From the NCBI RefSeq assembly GCF_009914755.1, contig NC_060927.1: DNA of 64,000 nt. One strand, 5' to 3'. The stretch's first letter is position 1. Each line of letters begins with the position of its first letter. Below the pieces are notes generated by a model, which worked only from the letters and a program-made list of their open reading frames with translations, searched no databases and was not told the DNA's origin. Source of the DNA: the human T2T-CHM13v2.0 reference genome, Homo sapiens. Position numbers and translations under genes: made by a program. Positions 18,545-30,623 of the stretch are shown here, piece by piece.

Positions 18545-18954
18545 TAGCAAGTTGAATAATGGCCACCCAAATATATCAAGTTCTAATCCCTGGAATTTGT
18601 CAATATTACCTTTTTGGAATGAAAGTGTCATTGCTGATGTAATTAAATTAATTATTTTGAGATGTGCTTTCTGTGGGTTAAATGTGAGGATCCTAAATGC
18701 CATTCCAAGTGTTCTTATCAGATAAAGGCAAAGCAAGATAATGAGAGCACACATAGGAGGAAAGCGAAGGGAAGACTGTTGGCAAGTCAGATTGCTGACA
18801 ACCCCCACAAGCAGGAAGAGGCAGAGAATAAATTTTCCTCTGGAGCCTCCAGAGGGAGCATGGTCCTGCCGACACCTTGATTTAGGACCTGTAGCCTCCA
18901 GAACTTTGAGAGAATAGTCTCTTCCTTTTAAACCACCCTAGGAAACTCATACGC
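18545..18954 (+). mobile_element. MaLR solo LTR (MLT1D-like)
   Basis: 'gaataatggccacccaaa...ctaatccctggaatttgt...gagcctccagagggagcatggtcctgccgacaccttgattt'. Confidence 0.8.
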
Positions 18955-20364
18955 ATGGCAACAGTATTCTCTTTACTCTCATGAGCCTAAAAATGCACAT
19001 TTGATGTTGAACCTGCGGAAAGTGAAAGTTTGGGATAGAAAGACAGGAAGTGGAGCCCATGGGACTATCATCTCAATTCATCCACCTCCTGCGGGAGATT
19101 TTTCTATGTCCTTTCTAGTGATTCCTGCACACCCTCACACCCACCCCACCCCACCCCTAAATACTGCCTTTACAGGAGCAGATATAGTTCCTTGGTTGTA
19201 TAACTCTTGATGGAAACTTAAATTCAAGTGTAAGGAAAACAGCAAATTTGGAGCCAGAACGCAGACTGAGCCCTGATCTACCACCTCCTGTGCAGCTTTG
19301 GCCTCAGGCAGTTTATTTTACCCCTAGTCTACTCAACTGAAAAATACCAGCAATAATTCTAACCCCCCAGAGGATGACTTTTTGTGAAAACCAATCAAAT
19401 AAGTTAATGCCCATGCCTTCACCTGGATTATCTGGGGAAAATTTGAAGCAAAGCTGACATGCTGCTGCTTTCTGAGACAGCATAATTCCAGGCAGCAAGA
19501 ATAAGGGTGAAGGGAGGGAGGCAGAAAGGAGGGGGGAAAAATGCAAGAAGGTGAGGACCACACTGGCCACAGCACCACCAGGGAATGTGGCCAATGACTC
19601 ATTCTTGTGAGATATTGTCCTTGAGGGAACCACTGCAATACAGAATATTGCTGGAGCAGGGAGGAGCTGGAAGAAAGGTGAGGGTGTGATAGTCACCTCC
19701 CTTCTGCCTCCCTTCTCACATGGGGCAAACTTCATCTCATGGAGAGTTAACTCTCCTGGATCTCCGTGGTATCACCCTACTCCTCTGAGCAGCCCTGGGG
19801 AAGCAAGATGTGAGTCATCATCTGGTGGAAGGAGGAAAGCAACATGGTCCCATCTGGTTGGTTCTAGCACTGGAGCTGTGATAGCACGGCTCCCATCCAG
19901 CAGGTGTGGCAGAGGCCATGCCACAGCCCAGCCCTTTCCTGAGTGGGGTGGGGATGACTGAGGAAGCTGGCAGTAGTAGGAGATGCCAGAAAGGTATCAG
20001 CCTCCGAGACATTCCCCTAAGTGAGCCGCAGGTGTGGAGGCAGTGGGGACGCAGAAATGGACTGGCACATAAATGGGGTCCAAAGCTTTGTGTGAAACAG
20101 ATTGGGAAATGTCAACTGTTTTACATATATTACTTCACTTGGCTATTTTTGTTATCTTCCTGTAGTTTTAACTTTTATTATCTTAAGTAATTTTAAGGGA
20201 ATAACCCACCATTCTTTCAGGTGCACCAACACTTATTTGGATATGGTTTGTCTCATCTTCACGTACAAGAAACAAACTTAGTAAAAAACTGGTGAGAACT
20301 TGGTTCTCACTTAAACAATATGGCAACTGATTGTGGAGGACACAGTCAACTAGGGACAACACAA

Positions 20365-20750
20365 GTTGCCCTAGGGTTCCCTGGGAAACAGACTCTGAGA
20401 TGAAGCTTCGTGAGCAGGGAGTTTATTGGGAATGCAAAGGAGTGAGGGAAGCAGGATTGGGTGGCAGGAGAGGTTGAATGCACTGTGGTTGGTCAGGAGC
20501 TAGTGTGGCTTTTCAGAATTGTCTGGGATTGAAGCCACGGGGTCAGGTCTCTGCATCCCTACATCAACTAGTCATTGGATGGGATCTGTGCCTAGGATGG
20601 AGGTTTCACCTTGGGTAAGGCAGCTCCCTTCAGGCTACGGCAATTCCTAGGAAGAGATTCAGCTGTGATCCCAGCAGTACTGAGTAGCAGAAATGAGTCC
20701 CTCAGTTCCAAAGGGCATTCAGGGGGGCCGCATCACAGCATTCATGACAA
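20365..20750 (-). mobile_element. ERVL LTR (LTR33-like)
   Basis: 'ggttccctgggaaacagactctgagatgaag...gcagggagtttattgggaatgc' matches remembered antisense LTR33 pattern. Confidence 0.6.
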
Positions 20751-21339
20751 CTGTGTTTCTGCAGAAAGAGGGAGTGGGTTCTATTGGCTGTTGCCCTCAT
20801 CTTACATGTCTTTTGTGGACTGATCATTCTGCAAGGAAAAGCATGTTCACCTTCTTCATAGTTCCATAAGTAAAGTGACTTTTAATCCCCTTTCTATTTC
20901 CCATGCCAACATATGGATTGGACACTTCTGGGTTTTTTCAGCATCCTTTGGTTTATCCCACCTCTCACGAAGGAGGAGCAGGAGCCAATCTAATCAGTGG
21001 AGGCTGACAGCCTCGGGACACATGTTTGCTCCCTGGGCCACTGAGGCTGCTTGTGGCCCCACGCATGGATGACTGGATCCTTGGCCCCTCCTCTCCCAGC
21101 CTCCTGCAACCTTTGCACAAGTGAACCCAGGGTCTGTCTTCCAGAGGTAGGTCTGGCTTACCAATCTATCTTGTCCAGCTTTTCTCTTTCTGGCTGGCAA
21201 GTAAGTCAGATGGCCTGCATACTGCAGGCCCAAATGCCTGCAGTTCATGGGTGAAATGGGAGGCCTCGTATGACCTCATCTCCAAGGTGCTTTCTACAAA
21301 CGTTTACCAAATGCATATCAAGGATAACCAAGCTGCTAA

Positions 21340-21553
21340 AAAAAATTTATTTCACATCATAGTACACAAGCATCATTTATAGTTTGGCTTTGAGAACTTT
21401 TCTGGTATTACATTTATGGAAAATGTATAAAAGAAATAAGTTTTGGTTATATTTTTATATTTAGAAAGTAAAAATTTGCTTAAATTGATCACTGTTCTTT
21501 TTTTATTTGATTGTCATTTCAATAAAAAATATTTGAAAGAAAAAACTTTATTT
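21340..21553 (+). pseudogene. Short 5'-truncated processed retrocopy of an mRNA 3' UTR end
   Basis: AT-rich UTR-like body, AATAAA at 21521-21526, residual A tract, 12/13-matching direct repeats aaaaaatttattt (21340-21352) and aaaaactttattt (21541-21553). Confidence 0.6.
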
Positions 21554-21599
21554 TAATTCTCATTTGATTAGTGAACTAGGTGTCTATGTTCATTTTTCT

Positions 21600-22110
21600 C
21601 ATTTTTATTCACTTAGCAAATATTTATGGAGTAAGTATTATGTGCCAGGCCCTGTGCTAAGTGCCGGGAAAGTGGAGGTAAACAAGATAGGTAAGATCCC
21701 TGCTTTTAAGGAATTTATATTTTACTAGGGTTACAGAGACAATAAATAAATCAACAAATAAGCACACCATGCCAGATCTTGAAAAGTGCTTAAAGGGACT
21801 GAAACAAAGAGTGATTGTGCAGGGTGGAATGAAGTGAGGTGTGAAGCAGCTGGTAAAGACTGGGTGGTTCATTGAGCAGGGGACATCTGAGCTAAGTCTT
21901 GAATGTCTAGAAAGAACCAGACATGGGAAGATGTACAGAAAGTATTTCCCATGGAGGTACCAGCTGGTGCAAAGGCCCTGGAGTAGGAACGAGCTTGCAG
22001 GCTTGAAGAACAAATAAGTCCATGTATTTGGAGGATCATGGGCAAGAGGGAAGAGGCAGGATGTAAGGTCAGAAAGAAAGCCAAGGACCAGATTATGAGG
22101 GATTTATACA
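21600..22110 (-). mobile_element. L2 3' region
   Basis: 'ttcacttagcaaatattta...tattatgtgccaggccctgtgctaagtgc...ggtgcaaaggccctggag'. Confidence 0.8.
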
Positions 22111-22120
22111 GGCTCAATCA

Positions 22121-22414
22121 CAGTATTTCTTAAAATGTGCAATGTACCCACCAGTGGTATCTTGTTTGTTTGAGGTGGTATATCTGCAAATATTTATATT
22201 AAAATAATTACATATCCATTTTAGAACATATTGGGAAAAGTATAATTATCATATCAAAACTATGATTTCCCAGATATTACCCTTCAGGTGAAACTAAATT
22301 AAAAAGTGAATCAGTGTAAAGAGAATATTAAGTCAATTATAGTACAGGTGTTATGCAGATATAGCAAAGATCTCAAAAGTAATGTTTGCAGAACTGAAGT
22401 TCAAGAAAATACTG
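22121..22414. mobile_element. hAT-Charlie-type non-autonomous DNA transposon (MER) relic
   Basis: Imperfect terminal inverted repeats cagtatttctt ... aagaaaatactg. Confidence 0.55.
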
Positions 22415-22599
22415 CTTACCAATTAGACACAAGAGGGGAGAAATACACACCTGCCCTCCCCTCCACACCCCCAACGCACCCATCCACCCTGGTCCACCCA
22501 GCATCTAGCAGGTCGTCCATGCTGGCTGCTCAGAAGTGGGAGGTGGAAGAGGTGCCTAGTGTGGCAAAGATGGCCTGCTTTCCTTCAAATGTCCCCCAC

Positions 22600-22970
22600 T
22601 CTCACTGTGTAGAGTTGTCTCCAATGGGGGAGCAGGCTAGCCAGGGACTGTATTTCCCAATCCATGTTTCTGGAAGGAGATACCATAGGACTGGTCTCAC
22701 CAGTGGAATCAGAGTGGAAGATCAAATGTCACTTTTTGTGCCTCCTCCACTCTCTGTCCCTCCATCTGCCAGCAGGATCATTGAGAGGGCTACAGGGCAG
22801 TGCCTAGGGGATAGCAGAGATTTAAGATAACAGGTCCCTGAGGCCTGGAATCACTACATGGAAGAAAACCACCCACTGACCAGGAACTGTCACATAAGAG
22901 AGAAACCGCTTTTGTGTTAAGCCACTGGCATTTGTGGTTTTCTTGCTACAGAAGTTAGTTAAACCATACC
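22600..22970 (+). mobile_element. Old MaLR LTR fragment (MLT1-type)
   Basis: 'cctggaatcactacatggaag...gagaaaccgcttttgtgttaagccactggcatttg'. Confidence 0.55.
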
Positions 22971-24399
22971 TAGAATCATTGCCCTTTGGGAGATACCACA
23001 TCCTAAGAATATGGCAACTATACCACATATGAATTGGTTGAGTTTAATTGGCAGAAAAGTAGTTGAATGGGAGTTAGATACATGATCTGTTTTTATATAC
23101 TCAAAAGACTGTCTTGCAAGACAGGGATTTGGTACGTTCTGAGAGGAGCAATCATTGGAAGTTACAAAAAGGCAACTTTCATCATTATGTGGAAGACAAG
23201 TTTAAAATAGGACAAGACAGCTGCCCTGCACAGTCATACAGGAGGTGTATAAACTGTTCAAATGAAGGGCGCAGGAATACAGGAGAGGAAAGCCAGGGTT
23301 TTCGGGGGTTGGGGGGGGCAGTTTGGTGGTGAAGATATTCTGCATTGGCTGAAAGGGTGGCTCCAGGGCCTCTGAGAACTCCCCATTTCTCCTTCCCCAA
23401 TTCTGAGTCTCTCTCGTCTCTTGACACTTGAGAAGGTTGGGGCAGGAAGGTGAGAGAGAGCTTGATGAGAAAGCTCACCTTAACAGCTTTCTATTTTTGA
23501 GATCTACCCCTAAGGCACCTGACCCTATAGGCTGGTGTGCCCCAAGAGCACAGGCAAAGAAAGCTCAAGCACCCTGAGGAATCTGACTCACACTGGGACT
23601 TAGGTCCCAGGTCCTGAAGCCATTTCCTTGCGAAAGAGCATGACCAGAGCACACCTGAGCTCAGCAGACATGGTATCCAAATCCGCAATGCGTAGCATTC
23701 AGTTCCTTTGCTCTCCAATACACAGTCCAGGCAGAGCACCTGCAGAGAAAGACGTAATTTTTCTGAGAGAGAGGATGGTGGCCCAGCCCAGGAATGTGCA
23801 GCTCGGAAAGACAATCCCCTCTGCTGTGGATGGCCTGACTGCTCAGAGACAAGCAGGACAGGCTAGTAGTGAGTGCCAGGGCCTCCAGAAGGGATCTAGG
23901 TCAGAGCTCAGAGCTCAGATCCAGACAGAAATGAGTGAAGTGGGCCTAATGTAAGGCAAGAAGAAATGGTAGGGACTATGGCAAAATTAAGAAAGAAAAT
24001 CAGAAGCAAGAGGAATTAAAAATGGAAAAGTTCCTCTTTGACAAGCCTTTCACTTACAAATAAGAAGACAGAAGCTCAAAGAAGGCAGGGTCTTCCTTCA
24101 AGTCACTGTTTCGGGGCAGTGTTAAGAACGAGAACTCAAGGCTTCTCTATCCAGTCACTGCTCTGCTGACGAGCAGGGGTGGGATCAAGGGAAGGTCACC
24201 AGCACATGGAGAGCAGCCACAGTGGAAGAGACAGCCCTGGCTGGGAACTTGGAAAACAGATCCCATCCTGACTCTGCCTTCAACTCCTGAGCTTGGGCAG
24301 TACCTTGTATTTCTCTGGGCTACAAAGACGGTTGAGCAGGTGGTCCCAAACATCCCTTCCAACTCCGACATTCGCAGGACATTTGCAAGGAGAAATAGA

Positions 24400-25425
24400 A
24401 ATTATTATTTAGACATTTCTTTGCTCACCCCCAGCTCTGATCAGACTCTTAGTCCCTTGGAGTTTAACCCCTACATATCTCTTGAGCTCAGCCCCCTTTT
24501 CCCATCCTCTGACACAGCTTTGGCATAACCCTCATCATCTCCCTCCCAAATGGCTGAAAGGGCCTCCTGGCCAGCCTCCTTCCTTCATTCTCGACCCATC
24601 TTATCCATTCACAGCTGCCAAAGTGCTACATCAACAAGAAAGTTGATTATATCATGCTTTTGCTGACCACCCTCTGTGGCTCCCCAGTGCCTTCTGGAAT
24701 AAAACTCAAATTTAACACCGTATCTTGGGCCCTCAAAAAATGAACCCAGCTTCATTTTCAGCTCTTACTCAGCTCACTTTTTCCAAATATTTTATGTCCC
24801 GCTATATCAAACTCCTTGCCACTTCATGAACACACTCTAAAGTTTCATCCTTCAAAACTTTTGACACATGTTGATCCTTGTGTTTTGAATGCCCTTCCAC
24901 ATCCTCTGTACTTGGTAGCAGTGGGAGGAGTAATCTATCCTAGTTTAGGCAATAAGAAGATGCATTATTTCTAGGAATTTAAAAATCAATAAGACAGCCT
25001 AAAATTTAGACATCTTTTTATTGTCATCTTGCACTGGCAATTGTAAACGTCAACAGTGATTAAAAAAATGCTTCTCCCTACTGGAGTAGACTACTGTAAC
25101 CATCATCCTCCCTGGAGCACCACTAGAACATGGAAGTCCCCTATTATTCTTGAAAACTCAGCATATTACTTCATCTGTAAAGACCTCTCTTGACCCTTTA
25201 ATCTATTCCTTCATTCTCCACTGAACTGCTAATTTTCCTGATTTATACTTTTATTTCACTACCTTTGTAAATGCTACATTTTACTTTGGTTTATGAGTCC
25301 GTCTCTCTCAAAGGGCAGTGAATTCCTTGAAGACAGTGGCTATACCTGTGTCTTCCTAAAGCTTGGCACAGCACCTGGGATGTAACAGGGGCACAGAAGA
25401 TGGGTAATAAATGAATGAATGAGCA
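24400..25425 (+). mobile_element. L2 relic interrupted by a hAT element
   Basis: 'ggctccccagtgccttctggaataaaactcaaa' and 3' end 'ttggcacagcacctgg...aataaatgaatgaatga'. Confidence 0.6.
24915..25127 (+). mobile_element. hAT-Tip100 relic (Arthur1/ORSL-like)
   Basis: 'aggcaataagaagatgcatt...gaatttaaaaatcaataa...ctttttattgtcatcttgcactggcaattgtaaac'. Confidence 0.5.
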
Positions 25426-26094
25426 TACTTTGAGCTCTTCTGAACACTGATTTAGGCATGATGGATTTCCAAGTCACAATGCAATTAAAAGCTCCAATTT
25501 ATGCTTCAAAAGTTTTTGCAGATCAAGTCATAATGATCTGGCTGGAGGTCCTCTCCTTGCTGGGACACCACAGGAAGGTGTTCAGGTGGTACTGAAATGA
25601 CTCACTACCCCAGTGGCTTAACAGGATTACCTAGGGGCTTACGTTGCTCAGTGAAGCATAGTGGGAGCCCCAGCAGTGCCAGCCAAGCCAAGAGCCGAAG
25701 CTGCTATCTGTGTGACTGGGGACTGGAAACTAAAAATTACTATAGTCCACTAGCTGAGAAGAGAAAGTTGCAGAAGAAACAGAGTGCCTCCCCTGCCCCT
25801 CCCCAATTGGTTTGCATCCTTCCTTTTACTCCCAATATCTCAGAATGCCTACCTAGAAGGAACTTGGGTTAAAATCTGGGTGACATCCTCAACTTGCAGG
25901 TTAGAAAGCTGAGGTCCAGAGAAAGGCATAAACTCTCAAGGCCGCATAGCTGGTAAGTGACAGAATTGAGAACTGAGTCTGCATATGTTCATTCCCTGTC
26001 CAGTGAGGGAGCATCAGGACCTGGAACCATGCAAGGAGGTGAAAGCTGAAGGTGGGGGGGTGAAGTCACACTGGTTTGTTGGTTTGTTGAGTTT

Positions 26095-26505
26095 TTTTTT
26101 ACTTTGAATTGAAGTGAAATTCACATAATATAAAATTAACATTTTAAGTGTAGAATTTAGTAACATTTAGTACATCCACAATATTGTGCAACCACCACCT
26201 CTATCTGGTTACAAGACATTTTTTATCACCCCAAAAGGAAACCTTACACCATTAAGCACTCACTCTATTTCCCCCTCTTCCAAGACTGGCAATCACTAGT
26301 CTGCTTTCTGTCTCTATGGATTTGCCTATTCTAAACATTTCGTACAAATGAAACCATAGAATCTGTGGCTGTTTGCGTCTGGCTTCTCTCACCTAGCATG
26401 TTTTCAAGGTCAATCATGTTGTAACATGTATCAGTATTTCTTTCATTCCTTTTCGTGGCTGACTAATATTCCTTTGTGTGGGTATAACATATTTTGTCTA
26501 TCACA
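26095..26505 (-). mobile_element. L1MB-type 3' end
   Basis: 'gtgaaattcacataat...catttagtacatccacaatattgtgcaaccaccacctctatct...ctatggatttgcctattct'. Confidence 0.85.
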
Positions 26506-26840
26506 TCTGGTTTTAACTAAGTGTTGGGTGCTGGGGTAACAAGAAGCCTCTTAATTTATTCATGCTTTCTTCACTCTACACTCTTGAAAACAGGCACAGA
26601 GTGAGGACTTGGTAATGTCTACTGGGTGGGCGTTTATTGAATGCTTGCCACTGTTAGAGCTTAGTGAGGCTCCTAGAACTGACCTGGCAAGATGATGTGG
26701 AGAAGGATCATGCACTGAACCCAGTAGAGATCTGGGCTCTGGTTCCGGCTCTTCAATAATCAGCTGAGTGGCCCCAATCAGGTTCTTCCCCTTCTCTGGG
26801 CCACAGTATCCTCAACTCTAAGCCAGGATAATAATGCCAG

Positions 26841-27205
26841 TTGCTTTCGTCTGTTCAGGTTCCTATAATACACTATCACAGACTGGGTGGCTTATTGACA
26901 ACATACATTCATTTCTCACAGATATGGAGGCTGGAAGTCCAGGACCAGGTGCCAGCATGGGCAGCTTCTGGTGAGGGTGATCTTCCAAGTTGTAGACTAC
27001 CAACTGCTCCTTGTGTCCTCATGTGGTGGGAAGGGGTGAGAGAGCTCTCTGGGGCCTCTTTTGTAAGGCCAATAATTCCACTCATGAGGACCTGGTTCTC
27101 ATGACCAAATCACCTCACTAAGGCCCCATCTCCTAACACCATCCCGCTGGGGCTTAGGTTTCAACACATGACTTTGGGGAGGACACAAACATTCAGATAA
27201 TAGCA
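26841..27205 (-). mobile_element. MaLR solo LTR (MLT1A-like) inserted in a MIR
   Basis: 'cacagactgggtggctta...ggaggctggaagtccaggaccaggtgccagcatgg...acaaacattcagataatagca'. Confidence 0.85.
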
Positions 27206-28259
27206 CCTGTCTAACTAATCACCTGCCAGGGCTACTGGGAGTCCTGAATGGAATAATATCTGTAAAAGTTCCCTGTAAACAACTCCTCTTATGTAAAGCT
27301 TATCTCATTTAAAACAAAACCAAAAACTCCTCACTAACCATCTACCTGTAAAGATATGGTTATTGACAGCAAATGGTGAGATAGAGGAAGATTCTCTACT
27401 AGGATTTCCTTCAGGGGGCCATATCTATTTGCTTGGGATAAAATACCTGGATGGGCACAGAAGGGACCTGAGTATGGGGAACTTTACTAAAGAAGACCAG
27501 GGATCAGGTGCCTGTTGCTCAGAAGAATGAGGTTGAGGACCAGAGAAGGCAGGAGGTGAAAAGACAGCAAGGGCTGCCGAGTCTATGAAGACTCCCCTCA
27601 TGACCCTTGATCTTCAGTAAAGTTACCAAACTCACAAACGTCTGAATGCAAGTGGGTTTTTGTGAAGACCAAGTGAAGGAAATGGGCTTTGTTTCTGGAA
27701 TGGGTGGTGCAGGACAGAACCAGACAGCACTCTTAGATAAGAGGGCATGAAAGCTGAATGAGGCATGATGATATATGGTGTGGGTACGCAGAGCAACTGC
27801 TCTGTGGATTCAAGGCTCTCATAAGGCTTGGCATTGGGGTTCGGGTCAAGTTTAATAGGATCTCCAAGGGCCTCCGCTGACATCTGGGCTGCACACAATT
27901 AGACATCCGCCACAAGGGCTGTGCCCATGGGCAAAACCACTGATGAGACCCATGGTGTCCCCACGCTGATATTACAGTGACTTATACCTTTCGACCCTAT
28001 GCAGCCCTCAACCCTACAGCCACAGTACGAGAACTTGGATCTTGGCACTCGTTTGCTTTTGCTCCCAAACAATTGTTGGTTCAGAGGCCTTTATATGGCA
28101 ACCACAAATGAATCAACTCTGCAAACAAGGCAGACCCTTGGAATGGCCCCTAAGTACTTTCTGCTGTCACCAGCAAAGAACTTGTGCAGTAACAGCCTCC
28201 CTCAGGACCTAGTAAACCTCTGTTCTTCTGCTCAGTTGCCAGGTGACATGCTAGTTACT

Positions 28260-28343
28260 GGCTTAGAGCAACATGCCAGTAAGATCAGTATGAGGCTTAG
28301 AGCTATGTCCAGTAAGATTAGTATGAGGCTTAGAGCTGTGCCC
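28260..28343. repeat. Tandem repeat, 33-34 bp unit, ~2.5 copies
   Basis: gcttagagcaacatgccagtaagatcagtatgag / gcttagagctatgtccagtaagattagtatgag / gcttagagctgtgccc. Confidence 0.85.
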
Positions 28344-29198
28344 AACACAGTTAGCTTTGTACCAGAGGGAATGTTGTTCCTCATACCCCTTTACAAATCA
28401 GTTCCCTCCTGGATTTTGATCCTAAGAAAATCAACAAAAGCACAAAGCTGAATATCCTAAGATAATCTTTACAAAATTATCCATAATGCTAAGCAGCTGG
28501 AGACATAAAATTCCAACAATAGGTAAAAGGCAAGAAACTTGGTGTGAATCACCACAATGGCATTTCTGCAGCCATAAAAGAAAGATTGGAGCAATACGGC
28601 AAATTCATGTAATATTAAGCGAAAACACAGAACCCTAAATAGTATTTGTGACATGACTGCAACTATGTAAAAATGTGCATTGTATATGGACAAGAAGACA
28701 GATGGGACTATGGAAAATAAAAAAATATTGCAAAAGGTAGAATACCTACAGGCAGCTTTTTCTTTAATATTATCTTTTATATCATCCTCTTTGTATTTCA
28801 CTAGGTTCAAACCTGCATTCTTATCCAGCTGTTTATCTGCATCTGTTTTCCCCACCCAATTAGATTTCATATATCTGTCACTATAAAGATATTTATAATT
28901 CTGTTTGTGCTGACTTGTTTCTACCTCCCTTACCTTGTAGAACCTTCTATAAGTGAAACCCACATGATATCGGGCAGGAGGTGGCTAAACAATAATGTGC
29001 CAGGCTGCTGTTGCTTGGGAGGTATTTACTAATGCTGCACTGGAAGTGTCGTGGTGCTTGCAAATAGAGGATCCATTTTCAGTTTAGACTCTAATCAGGA
29101 AGAAGGGACTCTTTCCATGTAAGAGGTTTTAAAACCCTTCCCAGCAACCAGGATGCGGGAACTAGAGCAGCCAGGGATGATGAATTCTGATCCTCACT

Positions 29199-29376
29199 GA
29201 GAAAATGGAGCTTCAGTATGATTAGGGAGCAACAGAGTGCTCCAGTATCATCAATGAGCAAGAGAGTGCTCCAGGATGATGGGTGAGCAACATAGAGCTC
29301 CAGCATGATCAGTGAGCAACAAAGTGCTCCAGCATCATCAGCAAGAAAGAGTGCTCTGGTGTGTCTGGTGAGCAGC
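29199..29376. repeat. Degenerate minisatellite, 29-bp unit, ~6 copies
   Basis: Units start at 29227, 29256, 29285, 29314, 29343; consensus GAGCAACAGAGTGCTCCAGCATSATCAGT. Confidence 0.9.
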
Positions 29377-30287
29377 TGCAGCACTAGTGGAGATGCCAGT
29401 TTCAGAGTAAACAAGCACAGATTAAAGATTCTCTGTGATCAGTAAGTCGGGGTCTAGAATAACTGATGGGCATTTCAGTCCAGATCACACCATGAAAAAC
29501 CAGAGAAATGGGACCCAGAGGGGAGGATGCTAAAAACTCCAGGACTCTTCCTCTAGCCACCTGGATGCCAGATCCCTGCCCCAGATCCTTTATAATTGGC
29601 ACCAGAACTCACAGTGCAGTCTCTGTTTCATTCATTTTCTATAAGATTATGCAGGAGATGGTATTTAGGTCTCATTCCAGAGAGTGAGCTCAGGCGTCCT
29701 CAGCTAATTTTCATTGAGGGTCAGGCTAAAGAATATCAGGGCTTGTGCTATAGAAACCTGGGCCAGGTGAGTTCTATCTGGCATCTAGAATCAGGGTTCT
29801 GCTCCCTGTATAGGCAAACCTGGGAGACAAACTGTCCCTGGAGAATTCTGTTTGAACAGGCTTGCTTCTTTTTGCATGAGCTGTCTACTGGATGAGGAAA
29901 GTCCTGATCATTACTTGTATAAAAACATCGCAGAGGAGAAGGATACATAAGAAAATGGTATAGTGGTCGGCTTTGAAAAGGAGGACATCTAGATAGTTGG
30001 GGAAAGGTTGAGAGGAACATTTTTATTGTATTCCCTTTATACCTTGTGATTATTTTAAACTGCTTATTACCAAATCAAATAAATGGGGTGAATAATGAAT
30101 GGTTAGGTAAAATTAAAATGAAAAACTGAGGAGATTTGCCAGTGACATTTCTCTGAGTTGGAGACTGAGCTAGCTAGCAGACAATTTGGGTGGTAAATCA
30201 AAGGGTCCTGAGAAGAATTTTGCTTCACATAACAGAATGCCAGCCATCATATAAGTCAGTTATTCTGAAATGCAGTCTTAAGAGTTA

Positions 30288-30623
<336 letters not shown>

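Noticed and set aside
22306-22830. Longest ORF in the track (174 aa)
   Set aside because: Non-ATG start, spans a MER end, low-complexity DNA and an MLT1 fragment, and has no recognisable domain or exon structure.
27999-28963. Convergent 150-aa and 164-aa ORFs
   Set aside because: No recognisable domain. The first gains length from a tandem duplication and the second overlaps an L1ME-like relic.
29199-29376. CRISPR-like array (29-bp partly palindromic repeats)
   Set aside because: Units are directly adjacent with no unique spacers, are degenerate, and sit in primate DNA with no cas genes. It is a minisatellite.
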